A stretch of 60,355 bases of DNA, taken from positions 1 through 60,355 of the forward strand of contig JAAYKU010000182.1 in assembly GCA_012522275.1 (NCBI GenBank). The letters run 5' to 3'. The DNA comes from Smithella sp. (lineage in GTDB: Bacteria; Desulfobacterota; Syntrophia; Syntrophales; Smithellaceae). Positions 1-9,800 of the stretch are shown here, piece by piece; within the stretch, counting starts at the first letter, position 1; each line of letters starts with the position of its first letter. The position numbers were made by a program, and so were the translations under genes. The notes under the pieces were generated by a model. The model made no database searches and was not told the DNA's origin. It saw only the letters and a list, made by a program, of their open reading frames with translations.

Positions 1-89
1 GTCGAATAACTTGCTTCCGAATCTCATATTGCGTCTGGGGACTGTGTCTGCGTGCATCTGTTTTTTCCATGCAGACCGTATATCACAAC

Positions 90-998
90 TTAACCAATTT
101 TCATATGTTTATTTGCCGTGGTAATAATGAAATGATACAATCCCCGTTTTTTAATTTCTTCCAGCATGGTGTTAATAGCTGTCTTAAATTCGGCGTCATT
201 GAAATTACTTCTTGAGTCTATTAACTGCGCTTCTTTATATTTTTTAATCAGTGCATTGCCAGTAACGTTGTCAAGCCATTTTTTTGTTACAGTATATTTC
301 AATGATGTAATAAAAGCTTTGTCTTGATTCACTCTTTTTTGCTGTTCTTCTTTTCTTTGTTCTTCATTAATTTCTGGATAATCAACATTTATTTTTTCTA
401 TAATTATTTCTGGATTTATGTTTGTGCCAATTACACGAACAGCATTGTTTAGAGCTTTAGCAGCACGCTTGTAACCTGAAAATATTAATTTCTTTGCAAA
501 CGCTATTATTCGCTCATTAGCACCAAAATAGATTTGTAAAAAATCACACTCCATTTTATCAGCTATTATTTCGTATTTATTAAACAATTTAGTTTCTAAC
601 AAGTATGCTCTGTAACCGTGAGCCAATCGCCATGATATTTTAGCTAGTTTAAGTTCAACGCCTTTTAGATGAGGCAAATAACCAACAGCCAATTCCCAAT
701 CACGCTCAAGGGGATCAAATTCAGGTGGAACATCATTTGGTTCTTCATCAAAAAATGAACTGGCATTTTGCGTCCCCCTTCCTCTTTCCTCATCATATTT
801 TTTACGTTTCAATGGATCAGAAAGAATTTCATATGCCTCATTTAGTTCGGCCATACGAAGAGTTGCCTCTTCTTTTTTTCCTTGAAATTTATCTGGATGA
901 TAACGTAAAGCCAACGCCTTGTAAGCCGCATGTATTACAATATCTTCCGCTGTGGGAAGAACACCAAGAATAGCATAATAGTCTTTGTTATTTTTCAT
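90..998 (-). CDS. J-domain (DnaJ-type, class C) protein with uncharacterised C-terminus
   Basis: N-terminal DYYAILGV...YHPDK...LNEAYEILSDP J-domain with HPD motif; no G/F or zinc-finger region; visibly AT-rich compared with the rest of the window. Confidence 0.85.
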   Translation of the reverse strand: MKNNKDYYAILGVLPTAEDIVIHAAYKALALRYHPDKFQGKKEEATLRMAELNEAYEILSDPLKRKKYDEERGRGTQNASSFFDEEPNDVPPEFDPLERDWELAVGYLPHLKGVELKLAKISWRLAHGYRAYLLETKLFNKYEIIADKMECDFLQIYFGANERIIAFAKKLIFSGYKRAAKALNNAVRVIGTNINPEIIIEKINVDYPEINEEQRKEEQQKRVNQDKAFITSLKYTVTKKWLDNVTGNALIKKYKEAQLIDSRSNFNDAEFKTAINTMLEEIKKRGLYHFIITTANKHMKIG

Positions 999-1103
999 AA
1001 TATTAAAAATTTATTGTCACAACCAAACTATTCTGCTTTGATACGGGAGACGCGAGAAAGGGGACGCAGATACCTTTCCTTTGTTTATGGAGAGTAACCA
1101 CCC

Positions 1104-1193
1104 GGCCTGGCAGTTCAATCACCGTATCTATGCCTAGACTTAGGTTTTTAACTTTGCATCCCGACTTTTCAGACTGTTCGCCCTTTTCAAGCC
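1104..1193 (-). ncRNA. c-di-GMP-I (GEMM-I) riboswitch
   Basis: Minus strand reads GGCUUG AAAAG GGCGAAC AGUCU GAAA AGUCG GGAUGC AAA GUUAAAAACCUAAG UCU..AGA UACGGUGAUUGAAC UGC CAGGCC. It has P1 GGCUUG/CAGGCC, a GAAA tetraloop, a CCUAAG/UACGG receptor and a GGAYGCAAAG junction, with G20- and C92-equivalents present. Confidence 0.8.
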
Positions 1194-1199
1194 TGTGTG

Positions 1200-1228
1200 A
1201 TTGTCCCAAACGCCAATGTAAAAGTCAA
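1200..1228 (-). promoter_or_regulatory. sigma70-type promoter upstream of the riboswitch
   Basis: TTGACT-17 nt-GACAAT with an extended -10 TG; predicted start at about 1193-1194, coinciding with the riboswitch 5' end. Confidence 0.55.
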
Positions 1229-1618
1229 GCCGTTAAAAAGATTCAGTTTTTACAGAATGCAATAGATATACCGACTGTACCGCTCAGTCCCGCCTTATAG
1301 GGTCTCCAGCGCGGGCTTCTCTATTTTCATGGTTTGGATTGTATAAAAGGGCTTGAGTTTTCAGTCTGACTTCCGGAAAAGCCCTCCAGACTGAATCATC
1401 CGGACCTTTTCTCTTTTGAATTTTTCAAAACAATCTTCCAGATAGATTCCGGGTTATATTAGACTTTCAATCCTTGCACCGCCAGAGTCACAGTAGGGTA
1501 TGGCAAAAGGAAAGGGTTTTGGATGAAAATTAACATAAGTGGGGAGAGAATCGGTACTGCAGGAAGAACAAAAAGGGCTTACCGGCCAAACAAAACCATA
1601 TAAACCCTTGATATAACT

Positions 1619-1706
1619 TGGTACCTGGGGCGGGAATTGAACCCGCACAGAGCTATGCTCCGAGGGATTTTAAGTCCCTTGCGTCTACCTGTTCCGCCAC
1701 CCAGGC
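1619..1706 (-). tRNA. tRNA-Leu(TAA)
   Basis: GCCTGGG acceptor stem, anticodon arm AGGGA-CTTAAAA-TCCCT, long variable arm, GGTTCAATTCC T-arm, encoded CCA. Confidence 0.97.
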
Positions 1707-1874
1707 CCGGCTTTTTTTCGCTTACACGAAGAATCTTCGCGGCTTATATTATTTTTGGATTTTCGTGTCAAGAAATTGCTGCCCGCAGTATTGCTTTTTA
1801 AAATCAGTCCTTTTGTTTCTTGAAGCGCCTCCGGATTATGTGATAAGCACTCACCACATGGAAGGAAAAATTAG

Positions 1875-3200
1875 ATGAAAGAGATTGATCTCATCATTTG
1901 CGTTAAAACGGCCCTGCTTATGGATGAGGCGGATACCCGCCTGCACGAGGCGGCCATTGCCGTCGACGGGTCCGTCATTGTGGATGTCGGCAAAAAAGAT
2001 GAACTTCTTTTGAATTATACCGCCTCAAAAACCATCGATGCCGCAAGCTCACTGGCGATGCCCGGTCTGGTCAACACTCACACACACGCTGCCATGACCT
2101 GTTTCAGGGGCATCGCTGACGACCTGGCACTGATGGACTGGCTGAACAATTACATTTTTCCCGCCGAAGCTAAAAATGTAAATCCCCACCTCGCCTACTC
2201 GGGCTCGTTGCTGGCCTGCGCGGAAATGATCAAATCCGGGACAACCACGTTTTGCGACATGTATATTTTCGAAGACGAAACGGCGCGTGCGGCAAAAGAA
2301 ACGGGGATGCGCTGCCTGCTGGGAGAAGTTCTTTTTGATTTCCCCTCCCCCTGCTGTAAAACACCGGAAGAAGGCCTGGCCTGCACGCGGATGCTGGCCG
2401 ACAAATGGCGCGACGACCCTCTGGTTAATATCATCGTTGAGCCTCACTCTTTGTACACCTGCTCTGACTATGTTTTGCGTGAGGCAAAGGCAATCGCCGA
2501 TGAATATGGTTTAATGATCGGTATCCATCTCCTGGAAAACAAGGCCGAGCGTGCCGAGCTGACAGAAAAACTCGGCCGAAGTCCTGTGTCCTTTTTACAG
2601 GAAACAGGCTGGCTGGGAAAAAACCTGCTCGCTTTTCACTGTGTGTGCCTGTCACCGGAAGAAATAAATCTTTTCGCGCGGCACGGCTGTAAAGTGTCGC
2701 ACAACCCGGCCAGCAACATGAAGCTGGCCAACGGCATCGCCCCTGTACCGGAGATGCTCAAAGCCGGCGTAACGGTCGGGCTGGGCACGGACGGCTGCGC
2801 CAGCAACAATACACTGGATATGATCCGTGAGATGAACACGGCGGCCAAGCTTCATAAAGTGGCCCGCCTTGACCCGACCCTGATGGACGCGCGTACGGTG
2901 TTGCGCATGGCGACAATCGAAGGCGCAAAAGCCCTGGGCATGGAAAGACTGACCGGGTCGCTCGAGGTCGGCAAAAAAGCCGACATCATCATTTTGGACC
3001 TCGACAAGCCACATCTCACGCCTGTATACAATGAATACTCACATCTGGCATATGCGGCCGGCGGTGCGGATGTTGACACAGTCATTATTGACGGAAAAGT
3101 AGTAATGGAAAACCGCAGACTTTTAACAATCGATGAATCCGCGGTTATGGAGAACGTCCGGGAGATCGCCTGCGGGATAAGAAAAAGTTTAAACCTGTAA
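1875..3200 (+). CDS. mtaD: 5'-methylthioadenosine/S-adenosylhomocysteine deaminase-like amidohydrolase
   Basis: PGLVNTHTH, EMIKSGTTTFCDMY, HNPASNMKL and GTDGCASNN motifs. Confidence 0.8.
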   Translation: MKEIDLIICVKTALLMDEADTRLHEAAIAVDGSVIVDVGKKDELLLNYTASKTIDAASSLAMPGLVNTHTHAAMTCFRGIADDLALMDWLNNYIFPAEAKNVNPHLAYSGSLLACAEMIKSGTTTFCDMYIFEDETARAAKETGMRCLLGEVLFDFPSPCCKTPEEGLACTRMLADKWRDDPLVNIIVEPHSLYTCSDYVLREAKAIADEYGLMIGIHLLENKAERAELTEKLGRSPVSFLQETGWLGKNLLAFHCVCLSPEEINLFARHGCKVSHNPASNMKLANGIAPVPEMLKAGVTVGLGTDGCASNNTLDMIREMNTAAKLHKVARLDPTLMDARTVLRMATIEGAKALGMERLTGSLEVGKKADIIILDLDKPHLTPVYNEYSHLAYAAGGADVDTVIIDGKVVMENRRLLTIDESAVMENVREIACGIRKSLNL

Positions 3201-3213
3201 AGGAGGACAAAAG

Positions 3214-4800
3214 ATGACTCACCATCGTCTGAAACGCCTGTCGGTAACACTGCTGTTCGCGATAAGTTCATGTTTGGTGTTGACTCCCGCACTTTGTCCG
3301 GCTGCCGTAAAAGAAGTGACTCTTTTTCCTGCTTCGGCAAAAGTTGAGGCAAGCGTCAGGATCAGGCCGCAAGCAACTGACACCAACAAGCATAAAATTA
3401 CTCTCCTCTTGCCGTCTCAGGCGGATCCGGAATCGCTCAACGTTTCCCTACCACCTTCAGGCGGGGCTAAAATTGACGACATTCAGATCAAATCTGTTGC
3501 GCGTGTGGACGAAACCAGAATCGCCGGCCTGCGCTCCCGTCTGACCAAAGCTCAAAACGAAAAAAACGAATTGCTGGCCAGGATAAATGCGCTGAATGCG
3601 CAGCTTCAGTTCTGGCAGGCGCAGATTAAAGCAAAAACGAAAACCATTGCTGAAGCAGATCAGCTGGCTGCGGCAATCGGCAAAAACACGAGGCGCATGC
3701 ACTATGAAAAAAACACCGTCGAAGAGGAATCCCGAAAGACGGAAAAGCTGATTAAGGAACTTGAGGCCCTTCTTGATGAGGCGACCGGACAGGGCGAAAA
3801 AGTATATGAGGCTTTAGTTTCTCTGACAGGCTCCGTCCGGCCGGATGCGGAAATCAGCTACAGCTACATACTGAGGGGCTGCGGCTGGCAGCCTGTGTAT
3901 CGTCTCGAGGCGCTGCCTTCCAGCGGAAGTGTAATTTTTTCATGGGACGCGCAAGTCTGGCAGTCCGCGGGTGAGGACTGGCAGAACATCCGGCTGAACC
4001 TGGCCACCCTGCAGCCGGTGCGCACCATCGCCCCCGGGGATCTGCCTGCATGGCTCATCAGACCGAAATCCCCTGTTTTGTACAGGTCAACACGAGCGTC
4101 CAAACCGGCCCCTGCGTCATTGTCGGCGTCTCAGGAAGATGCCGCGACCGCTGATTCTGCGCCTCGGGAATCAATTCATACCACCTACCGCACATGGTCG
4201 GCAGGCACAATCACCCTGCCTGCAGGGCAGAAGCAGCGTTTAAAAATCAAGGACGATGCCTGGCATGCCGTCTTTCTTTTCCTGGCCCGGCCTAGTCTCT
4301 CGCCGCAGGTTTTCGTTCAGGCGAAATTTAAACTTGCCGAACCTGTGGAGATTCCACCCGGTGAGGCGACTTTTCTGATTGACGGAGCGGTTATCGGCAA
4401 GCGCAATTTCACTCTGGCAGGAACAGAGGCAGATATCTATTTTGGAATTTCGCCTCTGGTGACCGTAAAACAGATGACCCTCACCGATAAAACAGGTGCA
4501 TCCGATATTTTCCGCCAAAAGCAGACAAGAAGCTGGACCTGGCGCATGGAAGCCATAAATGCGGGCAGCGCGCCTGTTCGCCTGCGCATCGAGGAGCCGG
4601 TACCTCAGGCCGGCGATGAGAGGATAAAACTTAAATTCAGGCACAATCCTGAGCCTGCACAAAATGATACATCCATGTTTGTCTGGACAATGGATTTGCC
4701 GGGACTGCACACTGAAATCATTGAAACCGGAATAGAGCTCGAAGCTCCGGCGGATATGCCTCTGGATTTCGGCTGGCGCTGGCCCGAGCGCCTGCATTGA
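3214..4800 (+). CDS. Exported DUF4140/DUF4139 (MuiA-like) protein
   Basis: Signal peptide, VKEVTLFP start, coiled coil, WQPVYRL and VWQSAGEDW motifs. Confidence 0.75.
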   Translation: MTHHRLKRLSVTLLFAISSCLVLTPALCPAAVKEVTLFPASAKVEASVRIRPQATDTNKHKITLLLPSQADPESLNVSLPPSGGAKIDDIQIKSVARVDETRIAGLRSRLTKAQNEKNELLARINALNAQLQFWQAQIKAKTKTIAEADQLAAAIGKNTRRMHYEKNTVEEESRKTEKLIKELEALLDEATGQGEKVYEALVSLTGSVRPDAEISYSYILRGCGWQPVYRLEALPSSGSVIFSWDAQVWQSAGEDWQNIRLNLATLQPVRTIAPGDLPAWLIRPKSPVLYRSTRASKPAPASLSASQEDAATADSAPRESIHTTYRTWSAGTITLPAGQKQRLKIKDDAWHAVFLFLARPSLSPQVFVQAKFKLAEPVEIPPGEATFLIDGAVIGKRNFTLAGTEADIYFGISPLVTVKQMTLTDKTGASDIFRQKQTRSWTWRMEAINAGSAPVRLRIEEPVPQAGDERIKLKFRHNPEPAQNDTSMFVWTMDLPGLHTEIIETGIELEAPADMPLDFGWRWPERLH

Positions 4801-4837
4801 AAAAAGACTCGCAAAACGCAATATTTAAAAACAACAT

Positions 4838-6739
4838 TTATTGTCCGCCGATCATCTGCTCGATGGCGTTTTTCGTGCGTTCAATGATCTTTTCATAGTA
4901 TTTTTTATTGCGCATAATGTAATAATGCACTTCCAGGCCCGGTTTTATATTCACGCTTTTTGCAAAAAAGGACTTCAGCCTGGCGACAGATGAAAAACGT
5001 CTGACGTAGAGCTCCTCCCAGTTGTTCTTGTACACGATGCTGATGGTTTGAATTTCCAGATCGGCCAGTATGTCATCAAAACTTATGATAATAAGCATTT
5101 TATTGACGGCCTCCGGCTCGAGAAACCTGCCGAAATGCACACGGGAGATATCGTAGGTGCCAAACACGTTTTGCAACTTTTTCCCCACGTTGATGATTTC
5201 CTGGACGGTAACCGGTGTGGGATTGGGCCTCATTCTGATCTCCTGCGAATCAAAAATGCCGTTCCATACAATATAGGTCAGACAGAAGATCACATCGTCA
5301 TGGGTAATAATCGTTGAGGAAAGATCTCCGGAGGCCATGACGCGCCATTGTCCCTCATCAAAGGAAAAGGTCATGGACGGCATCTTGATGTTTTCGGTGG
5401 ACATGTGCAAAATGGGCACCTTGAAGTCTTTGACGGTTATGGAGGCGTCCAGTTTCCGCCCGATAATCGTCAGGTCATCCGGAGCGATATAGCCTTCCAT
5501 CCCCTTCTGGATATCGATAATGTCACGATAGATTTGAGAAACATGCTCGAACATCAGGCTGCCGAAATCAACCTGTTCATCGAGGCTCCAGCGGTCGAAT
5601 TCGTTGAGGTCGAATATGGTCTGCCGGTCAATTTTGTGTTTTGTAAACACGTCGAACGCCATGACATCACGCTGGGTCTGCTTTCTGGACATCAGTTTTA
5701 AATCGCAGCGCAAATAGAAGCACTTTTTTATGAACTCAAAGTGCTCTTTTTGCATAAGGGTGGAATAATACTCCAGAATCTCCTGCATCGTGAACACACT
5801 CGGATCCGGCGGCGGCTCTCCCGGCGTGGCGTCGAGCACCAGGGCGCGAAATCTGTTGCACAACAGCTCGTCTTGGGGCCTCTCCAGAAACATCTTCAAA
5901 AGCAGCATCTTGATAATGGACTTGAGCGGATGGGTCAAAGACTTGTTGAGCTGCCACAGTGCAGCTCCGTAAAATTCAGACTGCTGCACCTCTTCTAGAT
6001 TCCCCAGATCAATCAGATCATACTCACCAAAGCCGCTGTTTAAGTTATTCTCAAAATCCTGCCTGTAATCCACCGGAGCATGCGGGTCGAAAGCAACCCA
6101 CCAGAAGGGGATCCTGCCGCAGATGACAATGGAGGTGCGGTAAAATTCTTCTTTCAAAACATTTTTCTGAGTCGAGCCGCTTGATTCGAGATCGATCGCC
6201 CCGAAATTGCATTCGCGTATGTCTGTGACGTCCGTCAGGAAAAAATAGACGGGAATTTTGATCTGTTCATCCAGCCAGCCTTTGATGAGATTGAGTTTCT
6301 GGTTCAACTGGTAGTAGATTTCGTCGTTGAACTGCCTTCTGTCGATACAGATCCAAATGTCGCAGTCGGACTGCTTTGTCTGGCTGATCGTGCCGATGGA
6401 GCCGATGGTGTAGATGCCCTGTATGTATGAATCACCGGGAATGCGCCTTACGGAAAACCGCTCATCGGCCATCCCGAGCATTCTTTTGTACTGCCCCTCC
6501 CTTAAAATAATCTGCCTGTTATTTTCAATATCGAAGACCTTGAAAGAATGCTTCTGCCCTTTGATATAGCCGGGCACCGAGCGATGGTTCACGGACAAAA
6601 GCCAGGGCAGCAGATATAAAATGGTATTGGCGTCTTTGGGGGAATTTCGGATAAACAGCTGTTTGCGCCATTCATTATAGCGCAGGAAGTTCCTCTTGTT
6701 GTTCAGTAAAGTGATCGAAAGCAATACCAGCAACCTCAA
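4838..6739 (-). CDS. cyaA: Class I adenylate cyclase
   Basis: GIYTIGSIGTISQTKQSDCDIWICI nucleotidyltransferase motif, LKEEFYRT, ALWQLNKSLTHPLKS; start codon uncertain. Confidence 0.8.
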   Translation of the reverse strand: MRLLVLLSITLLNNKRNFLRYNEWRKQLFIRNSPKDANTILYLLPWLLSVNHRSVPGYIKGQKHSFKVFDIENNRQIILREGQYKRMLGMADERFSVRRIPGDSYIQGIYTIGSIGTISQTKQSDCDIWICIDRRQFNDEIYYQLNQKLNLIKGWLDEQIKIPVYFFLTDVTDIRECNFGAIDLESSGSTQKNVLKEEFYRTSIVICGRIPFWWVAFDPHAPVDYRQDFENNLNSGFGEYDLIDLGNLEEVQQSEFYGAALWQLNKSLTHPLKSIIKMLLLKMFLERPQDELLCNRFRALVLDATPGEPPPDPSVFTMQEILEYYSTLMQKEHFEFIKKCFYLRCDLKLMSRKQTQRDVMAFDVFTKHKIDRQTIFDLNEFDRWSLDEQVDFGSLMFEHVSQIYRDIIDIQKGMEGYIAPDDLTIIGRKLDASITVKDFKVPILHMSTENIKMPSMTFSFDEGQWRVMASGDLSSTIITHDDVIFCLTYIVWNGIFDSQEIRMRPNPTPVTVQEIINVGKKLQNVFGTYDISRVHFGRFLEPEAVNKMLIIISFDDILADLEIQTISIVYKNNWEELYVRRFSSVARLKSFFAKSVNIKPGLEVHYYIMRNKKYYEKIIERTKNAIEQMIGGQ

Positions 6740-6858
6740 TCCGGATATTTCAAGTTTATCCGAGTATTTTCATGAAGTCAATCAGTCATTGCCGAAATAC
6801 ATTTCCAAGATTGACAGCCTGTCTCAGGATATGAAATAAAGGCCGCCAGGAGGCCACC

Positions 6859-9800
6859 TTGTCCGCAAAAATTATTTACGGCAATCTCAGAGGGCACATT
6901 AAAGCCCATGCCGACGAAATCATGATTGACGATTACAACCGTCTGCTCGCCGCTGTGAATGCATCAGAAAGGAAGCCGGGTCGGGCGCAGCTGCGCCTGG
7001 CCGGCGTTCAAAACAAGATCGAGGCATCCATGCAGCGCGTGAAACAGCGCGAGAAAGCAGTGCCCCGTTTTGATTTCCCGCCCGAGCTTCCCATCTCAGG
7101 AAAAAGCGAACTCATCATCGAGGCCATCAGGAAGAATCAGGTGCTGGTCATTACCGGCGAAACAGGTTCGGGCAAGACGACGCAAATTCCCAAAATGTGT
7201 CTGGCCGCCGGCCTGGGCCGTAGAGGAATTATAGGGCTGACGCAGCCCCGGCGGATTGCCGCCGTCAGCATCGCGGAACGCATAGCCTGGGAACTGGGAC
7301 AGGCCTGCGGGGAGGCACTCGCCTACAAGACGCGCTTTGAAGAAAAATCGTCGGACGAGCCCCTCATCAAGGTCATGACCGACGGCATTTTATTGGCGGA
7401 AACCGGGCAGGACCGGCAATGGCTGGCCTATGAAGCAATCATTGTAGATGAGGCCCATGAACGCAGTCTGAATATTGACTTCATTTTAGGCTATCTGCGC
7501 ACACTGCTCTCACGAAGAAAGGACCTGAAGCTGATTATCACCTCCGCCACCATTGACACGGCCCGATTCTCGCAGGCTTTCGGCAACGCGCCGGTCATCG
7601 AAGTGTCCGGGCGGATGTATCCTGTCGAGGTGCGCTACCGCCTTGTGGATCCGGTGCGTGAAGAAAAAGGTGAAACCACTTACATCGAAGAAGCAGTATC
7701 ATGCGTGGAGGAACTTCAGCGAAAAAGGCATTTCGGAGACATTCTGATTTTCATGCCCACCGAGCCGGATATCCGCGAGACCTGCCGGCAGCTTGCAAAG
7801 CGATGCAGCGGCCTGATCCTGCCATTGTTTGCCAGGCTCGCCGGTTCCGCCCAGCATCGTGTCTTCAGCCCCTCAGACGGGCAGAAAATCATCGTGGCAA
7901 CCAATATCGCGGAAACGTCGCTTACCATACCGGGCATCACCTGCGTCATTGACACGGGACTGGCGCGCATTGTCGAGTACAATCCGCGCTCTCAGACAAC
8001 CGGGCTCCCGGTCAAGCCCGTTTCCAAAAGCAGCGCCGACCAGAGAAAGGGCCGTGCGGGCCGTGTTCAGGACGGCATCTGCATCCGTCTGTACAGCGAA
8101 GACGATTATGCCGGCCGACCTGTTTATACTGAGCCGGAGATACTGCGCTCCAATCTGGCGGGTGTCATCCTGCGTATGCTGGCGATGAATCTGGGCGATA
8201 TCGACTCTTTCCCTTTCATCGAAAGGCCTCATCCCAAAAACATCCGTGACGGTATCGAAATTTTGCGCGACCTCGGTGCGGTGACGCGCGACGAGAGCGG
8301 CCAGGACGAGCTTCGCTACAGACTGACTCCAAACGGCCGCCTCATGGCGTCCTTCCCGCTGGACCCGCGCGTGTCGCGCATGATTCTCGAAGCGAAAAAA
8401 GAAGGATGCCTCCATGAAACCGCCGTCATCGCGGCGGCGCTGAGCATCCAGGACCCGCGTGAACGTCCTTTTGATAAAATCGACCTTGCGGCGGCGGCAC
8501 ACGCTAAGTTTCAGCATCCGGAATCAGATTTTCTCACATACCTGCAGATCTGGAACCGCTACGGCGGCACCTTCGAAAAAAAACTCTCCCAGGCCAGCCT
8601 CAGAAAGTTCTGCCGTGAACATTTTCTTTCCTACCGGCGCATGATGGAATGGCGCGACATTTATCTCCAGATCCTGAACATCGCAGGCATACGGGGCTCA
8701 AAGAAAAACGCGAAGCACGCGACAATGGAAATTGACCAGGACGTGGCCGACAAAATTCACCGCTCGGTTCTCAGCGGGTGCCTGACAGGCATCGCCCGCA
8801 AAAAAGAAAAGAATTTCTACACGGCCGCCAAAGGCCGCGAGGTCATGCTGCATCCAGGTTCTTCCGTCTTCAACAGAGGCGGCGTCTGGATTGTCGCGGC
8901 CGAAATCAGTCTGACTTCCAGACTGTTCGCCCGTAATACGGCCAATATCAGAAGTGAATGGCTCGAGGAGCTCGGCCGTAGTCATTGCCGCTACACATAC
9001 TCGGCGGCGCGCTGGGAGAAAAGCCGCGGCGAGGTGGTGGCCTCGGAAAAAGTCACGATGTTCGGCCTTATGGTCATTGAAAGCAGAACCGTAAGCTACG
9101 ACAAAATCGATCCACAGGAGGCAAAAAACATCTTCATCCGCGAGGCGCTGGTTACAGGAGACACGGCGCGGAAATTTCCTTTTCTGGAGCATAATCTCTC
9201 CCTCTGGGAAGACGCCAGGTCGATGGAGGACAAACTGCGCAAAAGGGGCATTGCCATCGATGAAGAAAAGATGGCCTCCCTGTATGAGTGCAGACTGCCC
9301 ATGATTTCAGACATACGTTCCTTACAGAAGCTGATTAAAGATGCAGGCAGTGATATTTTTTTACGCTTCACCCCCGATGACTTTGTGGCCGCGCCGCCCG
9401 ATGAAGAAGATCTGGCAAGACATCCGCAACAGATTAAAATCGGCAACGCCGTGCTGGCATGCGATTATCATTTTGAACCGGGCAGTCCCCGCGACGGGGT
9501 GACCGTACGCCTGCCTGCAGGACTATTGTCCAAAGCGGCATCGGACAATATAGAAACACAGCTGCCGTCCCTGCTGGAAGAGAAGGTCCTGCAGATGCTC
9601 AAAAGTCTGCCGGGCAGGGTCAGGCAAAAGCTGCCTCCCGTCGTTCAGATCACGCGGGAATTCATCGCCGGAACGTCGGATGAGAACATTCCCCTCTCCG
9701 CCGCTTTGAGCGGATTTCTCTCACGCAGATACAAACTGACCGTGCCGGCCGATTCGTGGGAGCTTCAGAAACTGCCCGCCTATCTCAACATTCGTTACAG

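Noticed and set aside
1003-1209. 68-aa ORF upstream of the J-domain gene
   Set aside because: Coincides with the promoter and riboswitch; TTG start, no RBS, no motif.
1454-1878. Short ORFs 1454-1648 (-) and 1618-1878 (+)
   Set aside because: Both overlap tRNA-Leu and are shadow translations.
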